DNA of 64,000 bases from Rhodanobacter sp. (GTDB taxonomy: Bacteria; Pseudomonadota; Gammaproteobacteria; Xanthomonadales; Rhodanobacteraceae). Under the pieces are notes generated by a model that was not told the DNA's origin, did not search any database, and saw only the letters and a program-made list of their open reading frames with translations. Within the stretch, counting starts at the first letter, position 1; each line of letters opens with the position of its first letter. Position numbers and translations under genes: made by a program. Location of the stretch: assembly GCA_049794535.1 (NCBI GenBank), contig JBARCX010000199.1, positions 2,207-66,206 on the forward strand, read 5' to 3'. Below are positions 22,226 through 31,584 of the stretch, piece by piece.

Positions 22226-22257
22226 AAAAAAGCCCCGCCAGATGGCGGGGCTTTTTG
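22226..22257. terminator. bidirectional intrinsic terminator between convergent msrA and TBDR 2
   Basis: aaaaa-agccccgcc-agat-ggcggggct-ttttt. Confidence 0.85.
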
Positions 22258-22275
22258 TGTTACCGGAGTCCTTGC

Positions 22276-25197
22276 TTACTTGGTATTGCTGAACTTGTAG
22301 GTCGCTTCGAGGAAGAAGCCACGACCGTTGACGTCATAGTTCAACGCGTTGAACGGCTGGCCTTCCGTACCCGGATAACTACGGTCGAGCGGCGGCATCT
22401 TGTTGAAGACGTTGTTGATTTCCAACGAGAGCGCCAGGTTCTTGATTGGGCTATAGCTGACGCTAAGGTTGTAGCGAATCCACGGGCCCAGCTTGCCCGT
22501 ACCCGGTGCGTAGTAGTTGTTGGCGACGGTAGCCAGATAGTTCGGCGAAGAGCCATCACGAAGACCGTAGACCGTCACACCCCAAGCTTGCGTCGGTGAG
22601 AGCCAACCGACCGAACCATCGACCCTGCTCTTGAACTCCGTGCTGTAGTACGGTTCGCGGAGCAAATTGATGAAGGGATCGCCTGGCAGTAGCTGCTGAG
22701 TGTGCTTCAGGATGTCACTCCAGGACGACGCCACCTTGATGGTGCCGTAGTCACCGATACCGTGGGTGTAGTCCACCTGGGTCAGAACGGAGTTCAGATT
22801 CTCACGCGCTACGTTGACCTTCGGTGTGAGGATCTCGGTAATCGGGGCCAGCAGGCCTGGCGCCAACGGAGTGCCCGAACGAATCACCTGAGCCAATGCG
22901 GCCTGGCAGCTCGGCGAGTTGATATCGAAGATGCCCAAACGGCAGTTCGCTTCGGTCTGGGCGAGGAAGTCGGAACTCTGCACCTCAACTTCGTTAGCGA
23001 TGTTGTAGTGGTAGAAATCCGACTTCAAGCTGAAGCCTTCGAACGGTGATATCACGAAGCCGTAGCTAAACACCTTGGCGGTGATCGGCTGCAGCTTTGT
23101 GTTACCCGACTGTTGGCCAAAGAACTGTTCGCCGCTCAGCTGTCCCGGGCAGTTGGCAATATTGCCACCGGTGTAGCCGAGCTTTGCGCAGTTGTAATAA
23201 TCGACCACGCTGCTGTAGTAGCCGCTCGGACCCTGAAACTCATCGGGCAATGTCGGAGCCTTGAAAGCCGTGCCGTACGAACCACGCAGCAACAGAATGT
23301 CGCTAAACGGACGGAATTCGAAACCGAGATTGTAGGTCGGATGGCTCACGGTGCCGTTAGCGACGTTATAACTGTCGTAACGGCCGGACGCGTCCAGCGT
23401 TAGCATCGAGAACAGAGGTGCGTTGAACTCGAGCGTGCCTGCATAGCGCGAGCGGTGGCCTGCGCCTGATACGTCGGTAAAGTCGTAGGTATCGCCGTCG
23501 AGCGTGCGTGGGTCAGGGGAATAGTTCCAGCCTTGGTTACCGCCCTCGAACACCGCTGCCATGCCGGCGTCGCCACCGGGTAGAGAGAATAGTGACGCAT
23601 CGGTGACCTGACCGCGGAGCATGTTGTCCCAGGTCTTGGCGTACGTCTCGGTGTAGCCAGTAAATCCGCGGAACGCTGCATTCGAAACAGGTGTGTAGAA
23701 AGCTGAGTAGTTCGGCTCGTAGGTGTTAACGCCTTGACCATTCGGGTCGGGTCCCAAGCTCGGACCAAGTATGTTGTCGAAATAATTATTGATCTGGGTG
23801 GTCCAGCGCTGGAAGGTGCGCTCCTGTAGGTGATCTTCGGAATGGTTGAAGGTCAGGTCATAGTCCCAGTTCGATTGACCGAAGCTACCCTTCACGCCGA
23901 GTGCCAGCATGAACGAGTTTTCGACGTTGTTATTCATAATGTTCTGGTAACCGCCAGCCTCTTCCGGGCTAAACGCATGCTGCGCAAGCACGTAGTCACC
24001 CGCACCCCCGTTGAGGCGAGGATCGTAGTAAATGGGGCTATCCCAGAACAGGAACTGGGATCCTGACGAGTATTTTTGTTGATCGTAGTTGTAGAGGAAG
24101 TTGCCGTAAAACTGCACATCTTCGTTCAGATCATACGTGGCATGAGTGTAAATGTTCGCCGAATTTTCCTTGTTGGTTTCGGTGACATAACCCGCACTGT
24201 TTTGCGAACCGCAATATTGGCCGTGATTCGCGCGCGTCTGAAGCTGCTCGGTACCGTTGTACTCACCAGTAACGGCTCCGCATCCGATACCCGGATTCAA
24301 CACGTTCGGGCTGTAGTACGCGTTCTCCAATTGTGTTTCGCTTAGCACCAGGTAGTCGCGCGACGCTGTGGCGGGCGTGGTGCCCTGCGTGAAGTAGTGA
24401 CTGGTCAAGCTGCGATCAAAGCCCCAGATCGGTTCAATACTCTCGACCTGGATGCCCGCAATAACGTTGAGCTTGCCGAAGGTGAAACCATCGGCCGCGT
24501 AGACGCGCCGATCGGCACCGCCGCCGCCCGTGCGCCAGCCCAAGCGCGCATCGACGACAGGAGCATCAATGGTTTTCTTCAGCACGATGTTGATAACGCC
24601 CGCGATGGCATCCGAACCATAAAGCGATGATTGACCGCCCGGCAGAATATCGATGTGATCGACCATCTCGATCGGAATGCTGGTCAGGCTATTGAACGCT
24701 TCGCTGCCGTTATATAGCGCAGGGAAATCACCCATCGGCAGGCCATCGATCAGGTACTTGGTGTAGCTGGGATCGAGGCCAAAGAAGCTGAGTGTTTTCG
24801 CACTCTGGGTGAAACCACCCGAGTTATTCGAGCCCTGCACGCTGCCGGTTGCAAATGTACCCGCCTGGAGCGCATCGGCAACGGTGGAAAAGCCGCGATC
24901 CTTCAGCTGCTGAGCCGTGATCGTGATCACCGGCTTGCTCGTTTCAACCTGCACCTGCGGAATTAGCGAACCGGTCACCATGACCGCTGAGAGTTTCTTG
25001 GCTTTGTCAGCTGTTGCGCTGGTGGATTGATCAGAACTTGTCGACTGTGTGGTGTCCTGCGACGGGTTCTGTGGGGCAGTTCCTTGTGTCGATGAGCCCT
25101 GACTGGACACAGTCGGAGTGGTATCGGCATTGACGTTGGCAACAAATACGAGTGATAGCGCAGCCAGAACGGCCGTGGCGATTGGTTTTTTCAGCAT
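22276..25197 (-). CDS. TonB-dependent receptor (about 973 aa), paralog A
   Basis: Signal peptide MLKKPIATAVLAALSLVFVANVNA. KKLSAVMVTGSLIP plug region, YGSDAIAGVINIV, C-terminal barrel strand ..EATYKF followed by SNTK. Confidence 0.9.
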   Translation of the reverse strand: MLKKPIATAVLAALSLVFVANVNADTTPTVSSQGSSTQGTAPQNPSQDTTQSTSSDQSTSATADKAKKLSAVMVTGSLIPQVQVETSKPVITITAQQLKDRGFSTVADALQAGTFATGSVQGSNNSGGFTQSAKTLSFFGLDPSYTKYLIDGLPMGDFPALYNGSEAFNSLTSIPIEMVDHIDILPGGQSSLYGSDAIAGVINIVLKKTIDAPVVDARLGWRTGGGGADRRVYAADGFTFGKLNVIAGIQVESIEPIWGFDRSLTSHYFTQGTTPATASRDYLVLSETQLENAYYSPNVLNPGIGCGAVTGEYNGTEQLQTRANHGQYCGSQNSAGYVTETNKENSANIYTHATYDLNEDVQFYGNFLYNYDQQKYSSGSQFLFWDSPIYYDPRLNGGAGDYVLAQHAFSPEEAGGYQNIMNNNVENSFMLALGVKGSFGQSNWDYDLTFNHSEDHLQERTFQRWTTQINNYFDNILGPSLGPDPNGQGVNTYEPNYSAFYTPVSNAAFRGFTGYTETYAKTWDNMLRGQVTDASLFSLPGGDAGMAAVFEGGNQGWNYSPDPRTLDGDTYDFTDVSGAGHRSRYAGTLEFNAPLFSMLTLDASGRYDSYNVANGTVSHPTYNLGFEFRPFSDILLLRGSYGTAFKAPTLPDEFQGPSGYYSSVVDYYNCAKLGYTGGNIANCPGQLSGEQFFGQQSGNTKLQPITAKVFSYGFVISPFEGFSLKSDFYHYNIANEVEVQSSDFLAQTEANCRLGIFDINSPSCQAALAQVIRSGTPLAPGLLAPITEILTPKVNVARENLNSVLTQVDYTHGIGDYGTIKVASSWSDILKHTQQLLPGDPFINLLREPYYSTEFKSRVDGSVGWLSPTQAWGVTVYGLRDGSSPNYLATVANNYYAPGTGKLGPWIRYNLSVSYSPIKNLALSLEINNVFNKMPPLDRSYPGTEGQPFNALNYDVNGRGFFLEATYKFSNTK

Positions 25198-25378
25198 GAG
25201 AGGCTCCCTCGGCCTGATTCGTAGCAAATTGTTTTAACAACTTATTTTGGTAAGGGGAGCCTGGAATTCGGCACAAAAACCCCTGATCCACCGCCCAGGA
25301 CGGTAGATAGGAAGGTCGATTTGGTACTCCCCTGCCCTCGCAGACCTGACTTTTTTCTCAAAACGTCAGGTTTAATTA
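25198..25378 (-). promoter_or_regulatory. candidate structured 5' leader of TBDR paralog A (SD-mimic / anti-SD / SD)
   Basis: On the minus-strand RNA, AGGGGAG (plus 25323..25333) and the SD GGGAGCC (plus 25202..25210) are both complementary to GGCUCCCCU (plus 25252..25261). A 5' hairpin ACCUGAC/GUCAGGU and an internal G-rich arm plus U-run are also present. Confidence 0.45.
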
Positions 25379-25384
25379 AATCTA

Positions 25385-25413
25385 TATTTACTAAAGATGA
25401 AACTTTTGTGCAA
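25385..25413 (-). promoter_or_regulatory. sigma70-type promoter of TBDR paralog A
   Basis: The minus strand reads TTGCAC-17 nt-TAAATA. It is embedded in a 42-nt block (25382..25423) that is 41/42 identical to 28887..28928. Confidence 0.55.
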
Positions 25414-25758
25414 ATGACTTTCGTGAGGTATTAATCGAAAAATATTGCTTATTCGCAAGATAAGCTCTGGTGGCATAGCTATATCTTGCGGCTCGTTCCC
25501 GCAAGTGGCTGTAGCAAATTAATTATTTAAACAAATGGGGAAATGGTATGTGCACTGATATCGCATTAAATTGCGATTCAATGACTTCAAAATGTTGCTC
25601 TTGGGGATGTGCGCCCACTGCGAAAGGGGACGAGTGAGACCTGGCTGTTTGACGCCAACATCTTCGTCGCAGCAGTGCATGGGGCCATACGTCGCACAGC
25701 ACAATGCTCGACGTCGGCATGCACGCTTCGCTTCGGCGCGCGCAAATCAATAGGCCAT

Positions 25759-25790
25759 AAAAAAAACCGGGCCCTTATGGGCCCGGTTTT
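25759..25790 (-). terminator. intrinsic terminator of TBDR paralog B
   Basis: ccgggccc-ttat-gggcccgg stem. A long U-run follows on the minus strand (A8 on plus at 25759..25766). Confidence 0.85.
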
Positions 25791-25822
25791 GTCTTACAAC
25801 ACCGTCTTGCTATGGACTGCTA

Positions 25823-28708
25823 TCAGTTGGTCTTGCCGCCGAAGCGCAAGGTTGCCTGGAGCATGATTTCACGTCCGTAGATGTTGTAGTTGCCTACATT
25901 GAAGTACGGATAAGCCGTGTTGGTTGGGTCGTTCGGTGGCATCTTGTTGAACACGTTGTCGGCCAGCAGCGACAGGTCGAGGTTGGGTACCGGCGTGTAG
26001 GTCAGGCTGTAGTTGAAGGTGTTCCATGCACCGACCTTGCCTGCGCCAGCGATGTTGTAGCCTTCCTCATAAGCCGTGTAGTTCGGCGACGGCCCATAGC
26101 GGTGCCAGAACACGGTGCTGCTCCATTGGTCATGGAACGACCAGGTGATGGCGCCGGAGACGATGCTCTTGAACTCCTGGCTGTAGAGCGGGTTGGTCAA
26201 CTGGTTGATCGGGGTTGTGCCCGGAACCAGTTGGTACGCATGCTTCAGCATGTCGTTGTAGTCAAGCTGCACATTGAACTGACCGATACGTGTTGTCGGG
26301 AACGTGTACTTGGCCTGCGCGGTGATCGAGTTGGTTTCCTCGTTGGCAAGGTTCACGAAGTACGTCTGGATGCCCGTGAGAGCGCCCGATGAATCGCGCT
26401 GAACTTGTCCCAAGGTCTGCTGGCATAGCGCTGAAGTCGCGCTCAGGCTACCGAGCAAGCATTGCGAGTCGATCTTAAGCAAGGTGGGAATGTCCTGCTG
26501 CACCACCTCGTTCGCAATCGAGATATGCAGGTAATCGACGCTGAGGCTCAGGTTCTCGATCGGGGCCCATACCGTACCCGCCGTCCAGCTCTTGGCTGTC
26601 GTCGGCTGCAATTGGGGATTGGACAGGGTCTTGCCTGTGACGTTGACCGAATAGGCTGGCGCGTTGCAATTGTTACTGTGTGCGAGGGCGCACTGGTAAG
26701 GATCCTGAACCGTTTCATAAAAACCGCTTGGCCCAAGGAACAGTGCGGCCATATCCGGGGCACGGAACGCCGTAGCGTAGTTGCCGCGGATCAGCCAGTT
26801 GTCGAACGGACGATATTCGACACCGAGCTTGTAAGTGAATCGGTGATTGGTGCCGCCATCGGTCTTGTAGTGGTCATAACGACCGGACAGATCGAAAGTG
26901 AGTTGCTTAAAGACCGGCAAATTCAACTCTGCAGCTGATGCCTGATGATCACGCGTGCCGCCGCCGGAGGTGGCCGTCTGCTGCCACACCTGGCCACTGC
27001 TGAGCAACGGATTGACGGGCTCATACCATGCCTCGTTACCGCCTTCGATCAAGCCGGCGAAACCGGCATCACCGCCCGGCAAAGTGAACAGGCTGTTGTT
27101 GCTGATGGTGGCGCGAGTGTTATTGAGCCAGGTATTCGATACACCGCTGATGTTCTGCGTGAAGCTGGAGAATGCCGCAGGCGAGATCGGTTGATACAGC
27201 GCGTTGTAGTTGACGTTGTAGATGTTGTAACCGGTCGTCGGATCTTGGCCGAGCGATTTGCCACCCAGAACGTTGTTCACGAAATACGCATCCATCGGAG
27301 CGGCCATGCGCGAAGGGGTGCTGGTCGTGGTTTTATCACCGGAGCGCAGATAGTAGATATCCCAGTCCCAGTTCGAACCACCAAACTGGCCATTGGCGCC
27401 GAAGTCGACCTGATACATCAGGTCATCCTGGCGTTCAAGCTGGCTGGTATAGCCGCCGGGCATTTCTTCCGGTGCGAAAATATGTTGTGGAGTCACCACG
27501 TGGCCGGTGTTGGAATCCACGATGAAGCTGCCCTGGTCGGCCGTGTTCCAGAAGTTGAACCCCGAGCCCGAGGTGAATTTCTGCTGCTGCCAGTCCAGCA
27601 GCACATCGCTGTACAGGCGCACGTTATCGCTCAGGTCGTACTTCAGCTTCAGCATGCCATCGTAGCTGCGCGACTGATTGATAAACGTCGTGTAGCCATC
27701 CACATTGGGCGAGCCGCAGAACTGACCTGGCGGGCTCGGTGGAGTGGCATTAGCGAGGTAAGTACTGCCCCTGAACAGGCCGCCGATAGCGGCGCAATTG
27801 GCTGACGTGGGATTGATGTTGCCTTGCAGTAGGGTGTTGAAGTTAGCGGGTGTACCGTAATCCAGAACACCTGTAACGAATTCGGCGCCATTCAGGCCGT
27901 TCGGGTTGCCAGAGGAGCCGTTAGTCAGCGAACGCTGATAACCCCATAGTGGCGAGGAATTGTCGAATTCCATGGCGGCCAGCACGCTGAGCTTGCCGAA
28001 GTCGTGACCGTAACCTGCGGTAATGCGCTGGTTTGCACCGCCACCGCCGTCATAATTACCCGTGCGTACCGAGACCTCGCCGCCATCCATGTGCTGCTTG
28101 GTGACGATGTTGACTACGCCAGCAATCGCGCTGGAGCCGTAGATCGAGGAGCCACCGCCGGGCATCACGTCGATATGATCGATCAGCGAGACCGGGATGT
28201 TCGAGATGTTGTTGAAGTTGCTCTGGCCGTTGTACAGCTGGCCGAAGTTGGTGATCGGCTTGCCATCGATCAACAGCAAGGTGAATTCAGGGCTGAGGCC
28301 ATAAAGGCTGACCGTCTGTGCGCCCTGGGTGAAGCCGCCACTCTGCTGCGGTCCCTGCACCGAGCCGGTGGCCTGCACCGCGCTCTGCAGTACTTCAGTC
28401 ACGCTGTTGAAGCCGCGCGCCTTAATGTCAGCAGCGGTAATCGTGTAGGTAGGCGTAGCGGTCTGGATTTGCGCGTTGTTGATCAGCGAGCCGCTGACGA
28501 CAACGGTACTGAGCTTCTTGGCTTTCGCGTCTTCGGAGCTAGTGGCTTGGCTGCTGTCCTGCGACTGATCCGGGCCTTGGCTGGAGGAAGTCTGGTCAGA
28601 GGGGCTCTGAATGGATGCATCCGGAAATACGGTAGCGGCTTGTGTGCTGGCGATGAAGCCAAACGACAAAGCAGCCAGGACGGCTGCAGCAATAGGTGTC
28701 TTGAGCAT
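25823..28708 (-). CDS. TonB-dependent receptor (about 961 aa), paralog B
   Basis: Signal peptide MLKTPIAAAVLAALSFGFIASTQA, similar to paralog A. KKLSTVVVSGSLI plug region, YGSSAIAGVVNIVT, C-terminal barrel strand ..QATLRF followed by GGKTN. The 70-aa upstream ORF extension is rejected. Confidence 0.9.
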   Translation of the reverse strand: MLKTPIAAAVLAALSFGFIASTQAATVFPDASIQSPSDQTSSSQGPDQSQDSSQATSSEDAKAKKLSTVVVSGSLINNAQIQTATPTYTITAADIKARGFNSVTEVLQSAVQATGSVQGPQQSGGFTQGAQTVSLYGLSPEFTLLLIDGKPITNFGQLYNGQSNFNNISNIPVSLIDHIDVMPGGGSSIYGSSAIAGVVNIVTKQHMDGGEVSVRTGNYDGGGGANQRITAGYGHDFGKLSVLAAMEFDNSSPLWGYQRSLTNGSSGNPNGLNGAEFVTGVLDYGTPANFNTLLQGNINPTSANCAAIGGLFRGSTYLANATPPSPPGQFCGSPNVDGYTTFINQSRSYDGMLKLKYDLSDNVRLYSDVLLDWQQQKFTSGSGFNFWNTADQGSFIVDSNTGHVVTPQHIFAPEEMPGGYTSQLERQDDLMYQVDFGANGQFGGSNWDWDIYYLRSGDKTTTSTPSRMAAPMDAYFVNNVLGGKSLGQDPTTGYNIYNVNYNALYQPISPAAFSSFTQNISGVSNTWLNNTRATISNNSLFTLPGGDAGFAGLIEGGNEAWYEPVNPLLSSGQVWQQTATSGGGTRDHQASAAELNLPVFKQLTFDLSGRYDHYKTDGGTNHRFTYKLGVEYRPFDNWLIRGNYATAFRAPDMAALFLGPSGFYETVQDPYQCALAHSNNCNAPAYSVNVTGKTLSNPQLQPTTAKSWTAGTVWAPIENLSLSVDYLHISIANEVVQQDIPTLLKIDSQCLLGSLSATSALCQQTLGQVQRDSSGALTGIQTYFVNLANEETNSITAQAKYTFPTTRIGQFNVQLDYNDMLKHAYQLVPGTTPINQLTNPLYSQEFKSIVSGAITWSFHDQWSSTVFWHRYGPSPNYTAYEEGYNIAGAGKVGAWNTFNYSLTYTPVPNLDLSLLADNVFNKMPPNDPTNTAYPYFNVGNYNIYGREIMLQATLRFGGKTN

Positions 28709-28883
28709 CGGAGGCCCCCTTGGCCTTTGTTCGAAAAGATGTTGCAAGGGGAGCCAATAACTGGACGCAAAAATACCCCAATCCGCCGTTCTGATAACGG
28801 CAGTGAATATATTGGGTCGAGCTGGTATTCCCCTACCGTTCGCGAATTGGTTGTCTCTTTTGAAAAACACCATATCCGCGTTA
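28709..28883 (-). promoter_or_regulatory. candidate structured 5' leader of TBDR paralog B (SD-mimic / anti-SD / SD)
   Basis: Minus-strand RNA: AGGGGAAUACC (plus 28824..28834), GGCUCCCCUUG (plus 28745..28755) and SD AAGGGGGCC (plus 28713..28721). Also an internal hairpin ACCCAAU..[GCCGUU-AUCAG-AACGGC]..AUUGGGGU followed by AUUUUUG. Confidence 0.45.
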
Positions 28884-28889
28884 AAACTA

Positions 28890-28918
28890 TATTTACTCAA
28901 GATGAAACTTTTGTGCAA
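28890..28918 (-). promoter_or_regulatory. sigma70-type promoter of TBDR paralog B
   Basis: The minus strand reads TTGCAC-17 nt-TAAATA. An imperfect inverted repeat GAAAGT-N12-AGTTTC spans the -35. Confidence 0.55.
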
Positions 28919-29417
28919 ATGACTTTCGGCACATAATCAGCGAAAGTTATTGCTGCATGCAGATGCATAGCTTACTTGTGGCTTGCATATAACTTGCTTG
29001 TGGCTTGCTAGGCATTGTGTAAGCTTGGTTTTGCGCACGTAAGTCATTGAGCTAATGTTTTTCTTCCGTGTAATCCATTATGCGATCCATCATTAAGATT
29101 CGCATTTACTTTCGCCTCGTTAATTTCAAAGAATGCGTTAAGTAAAGGCACGATGACCGAGCTGATTTTTCCAGCATCAAGGCTGTTATGCGCTGCTGGC
29201 ACGCGAGCCCAGTGGGGATTGGCGATCAGGAGCAGGCTCGAGAGGTCGGTGAGGCGAGATCGGAGTCAGTGCGGCACGCACTAAGATATCGAACGGCCTC
29301 TTGCGAGGCTGGCGCTCTGTATGTGTGTGCTGTGAAGAGCTTGCGCGCAGCTTCAAGTGCCGACGCCGGTGCAATGCACATCGACGTCCGCATAACTGGC
29401 CGCGTGTGGCTAGCGCC

Positions 29418-30671
29418 TCAGCTCTCGTCGCGATCGAATCGACGGATGAAGTCACGCACTTGCGGATAGACGACTTCACGCCAGCGACGGCCGCTGAAGA
29501 TGCCGTAATGGCCGGCGTCCTTGATCACCTGGTGAGCGTGCTGTTCGGCCGGAATGCCGGTGCACAGGTCGTGCGCGGCTTCGGTTTGGCCGAGGCCGGA
29601 AATATCGTCCAGCTCACCTTCGATGGTGAGCAGGGCGCTATGTTTGATCGCCGCCGGATTCACTCGCTCGCCGGCGACATCCCATTCGCCGCGTGGTAGC
29701 AGGAACTGCTGGAACACCGTGCTGATCGTGTCGAGGTAGTACTCGGCCGGCATATCGAGCACGGCGTTGTATTCGTCGTAGAACTTGCGGTGTGCCTGTG
29801 CATCATCCAGATCGCCGCGCAGCAGGTCTTGATAGAAGTCCCAGTGCGAATTGAGGTGGCGGCCGGGGTTCATCGCGACAAAGCCGGCATGCTGCAGAAA
29901 GCCGGGATACACCTCACGACCATGGCCCGGATAATTCGGCGGCACGGTGTGGATCACATTGCCCTTGAACCAGGAAAGCGGCTGCTTGGTGGCAAGGTTG
30001 TTGACGTTGGTGGGGTTGCGTCGTGGATCGATCGGGCCGCCCATCATGGTCAGGCTGCGCGGTGTGTCTTCGCCGCGTGCGGCCATCAGCGACACCGCCG
30101 CTAGTACGGGCACGGTGGGTTGGCAGACGGAGACGACGTGCAGCTGGCGAGCGCCAATGTGACGGATGAAGGCTTCGATATAGGCGATGTAATCGTTCAA
30201 GCCGAAGTTGCCCAGCTCGGCCGGCACCATGCGTGCATCGATCCAGTCGGTGATGTAGACCTTATGGTCGCGCAGCAGGGTGCGTACGGTGTCGCGCAGC
30301 AGTGTGGCGTGATGCCCGGACAGTGGTGCTACCACCAGTACGACGGGGTCATTCTTCATCGCCTCGATGGTGGCCTGGTCGTCACTGAAGCGCTTGAAGC
30401 GCTTGAGCTGGCAGAACGGCTTTTCCAGGGCAACACGTTCGATGATGGCGATATCGTGGTCGTGAGCGACCGCCTGATGAATATCGAACTGAGGCTTCTC
30501 GTAGTCCTTGCCCAGTCGATGGATCAGCTCGTAACCCGCTGCCATGCGCTGCGCACCTGGCAGCTGCGCGAATGGGCTGCTCAGATCGCCGAACATCTTC
30601 GCTCCGGCGCCCGCGTAATGGCTCAGCGGGCCGAGGAAGGAACGTTGCCACTCATGGATTTGATAGAGCAT
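29418..30671 (-). CDS. phaZ: intracellular polyhydroxyalkanoate (PHB) depolymerase
   Basis: 417 aa starting MLYQIHEWQRSFLGPL.., with ..VVAPLSGHHATLLRDTV.. and ..SVCQPTVPVLAA.., the pattern I recognise from the intracellular PhaZ family. Confidence 0.8.
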   Translation of the reverse strand: MLYQIHEWQRSFLGPLSHYAGAGAKMFGDLSSPFAQLPGAQRMAAGYELIHRLGKDYEKPQFDIHQAVAHDHDIAIIERVALEKPFCQLKRFKRFSDDQATIEAMKNDPVVLVVAPLSGHHATLLRDTVRTLLRDHKVYITDWIDARMVPAELGNFGLNDYIAYIEAFIRHIGARQLHVVSVCQPTVPVLAAVSLMAARGEDTPRSLTMMGGPIDPRRNPTNVNNLATKQPLSWFKGNVIHTVPPNYPGHGREVYPGFLQHAGFVAMNPGRHLNSHWDFYQDLLRGDLDDAQAHRKFYDEYNAVLDMPAEYYLDTISTVFQQFLLPRGEWDVAGERVNPAAIKHSALLTIEGELDDISGLGQTEAAHDLCTGIPAEQHAHQVIKDAGHYGIFSGRRWREVVYPQVRDFIRRFDRDES

Positions 30672-30770
30672 GTCGGTACGACCGTGCTGCGTAAAGTGCG
30701 CATCTTAGCCCGTTTATGGCGCTCGTGCTGCGGTGCCGCAAAGTAATGCAGCACTAATACAATTAATTGG

Positions 30771-31526
30771 TTAGCGACGTTGACAGACCAGGAGCACCTC
30801 GTCGACACCCGCCGTATCGCCCAGCCCGGCACGCCACTGCAAGGGCTTTTGGAAGTGCAGGCCGAGCGGCATGAACACCCGGTTGTACCACCACATCGCG
30901 CGTTCACGTTTGTGTGTGAGGTACCACTGGCCTAGATCCAGCAGGCGTGAGGATTTTGGCTGCATCCCATAGATGGCGCTACGTTCGATGTGATAACCGT
31001 GCTGTGCGAGTTTCGCTTCGATATGGGCGGGTTCGTAGCGGCGGCAGTGACCGACGAAATCGTCGAATGCCGTCCACGCCTCCGGGTGCAGCGGTACCGA
31101 TAGCAATAGCGTGGAGTTAGGGGTGGCAACGCGCGCGAGCTCGGCCAGTGCGGCTTCGTCGTCGGCGACGTGCTCCAGGATGTCGAAGGCACAAACAAGG
31201 TCGAAGCTCGCTGGGGCGAAAGGCAGCGCGCCGATCAGGCCATTCAGCGCGGTAGCGCCTTGTGCGTGCAGGCGTTGCAATGCAGCGTGGCTGAGATCGA
31301 CAAAGCAGGTGCCCGACAGGGGGAGGCGGGGGCGTAGGCCCGGCGCTACCTCCAAACGATGCGTTGTATTCGCTGCGAGCTCCTGGATGAGGGGCCAGGT
31401 ATTGAAGCGTTCTGGCCCGACCAGCCAGGCCTTGGCCCATAGTGATTCGTAGAAATCGCGATTGACGCGGATTAACTCGGCGTCGCTATGCGGCTCAAGG
31501 GCGGGCGAGGGTTGAGTCATCTTCAA
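30771..31526 (-). CDS. class I SAM-dependent methyltransferase
   Basis: 251 aa. Motifs LEVAPG (motif I-like) and FDLVCAFDILEHV (post-II). Confidence 0.65.
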   Translation of the reverse strand: MKMTQPSPALEPHSDAELIRVNRDFYESLWAKAWLVGPERFNTWPLIQELAANTTHRLEVAPGLRPRLPLSGTCFVDLSHAALQRLHAQGATALNGLIGALPFAPASFDLVCAFDILEHVADDEAALAELARVATPNSTLLLSVPLHPEAWTAFDDFVGHCRRYEPAHIEAKLAQHGYHIERSAIYGMQPKSSRLLDLGQWYLTHKRERAMWWYNRVFMPLGLHFQKPLQWRAGLGDTAGVDEVLLVCQRR

Positions 31527-31584
31527 CGAGTATCCATCCAGGCGTCCTTAACATTGCGTAATGACCCAATACAGTGTGTGGCGC

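Noticed and set aside
25198-25378. Cobalamin or TPP riboswitch in the TBDR leaders.
   Set aside because: There is no B12-box-like element shared by both leaders and no thi-box (CUGAGA ... ACCUGAUCUGGAUAAUGCCAGCG-like). CACUGCCG occurs in one leader only. Rfam cmscan is still needed.
28709-28918. 70-aa N-terminal extension of the TBDR paralog B ORF (MHKSFILSKY...). Analogous extensions occur on TBDR A, uppP (47945..48214), ettA (54101..54250), cstA and the hydrolase at 57066..57227.
   Set aside because: In each case an internal Met directly precedes a canonical signal peptide or conserved N-terminus with an RBS. The extensions cross AT-rich promoter or leader sequence.
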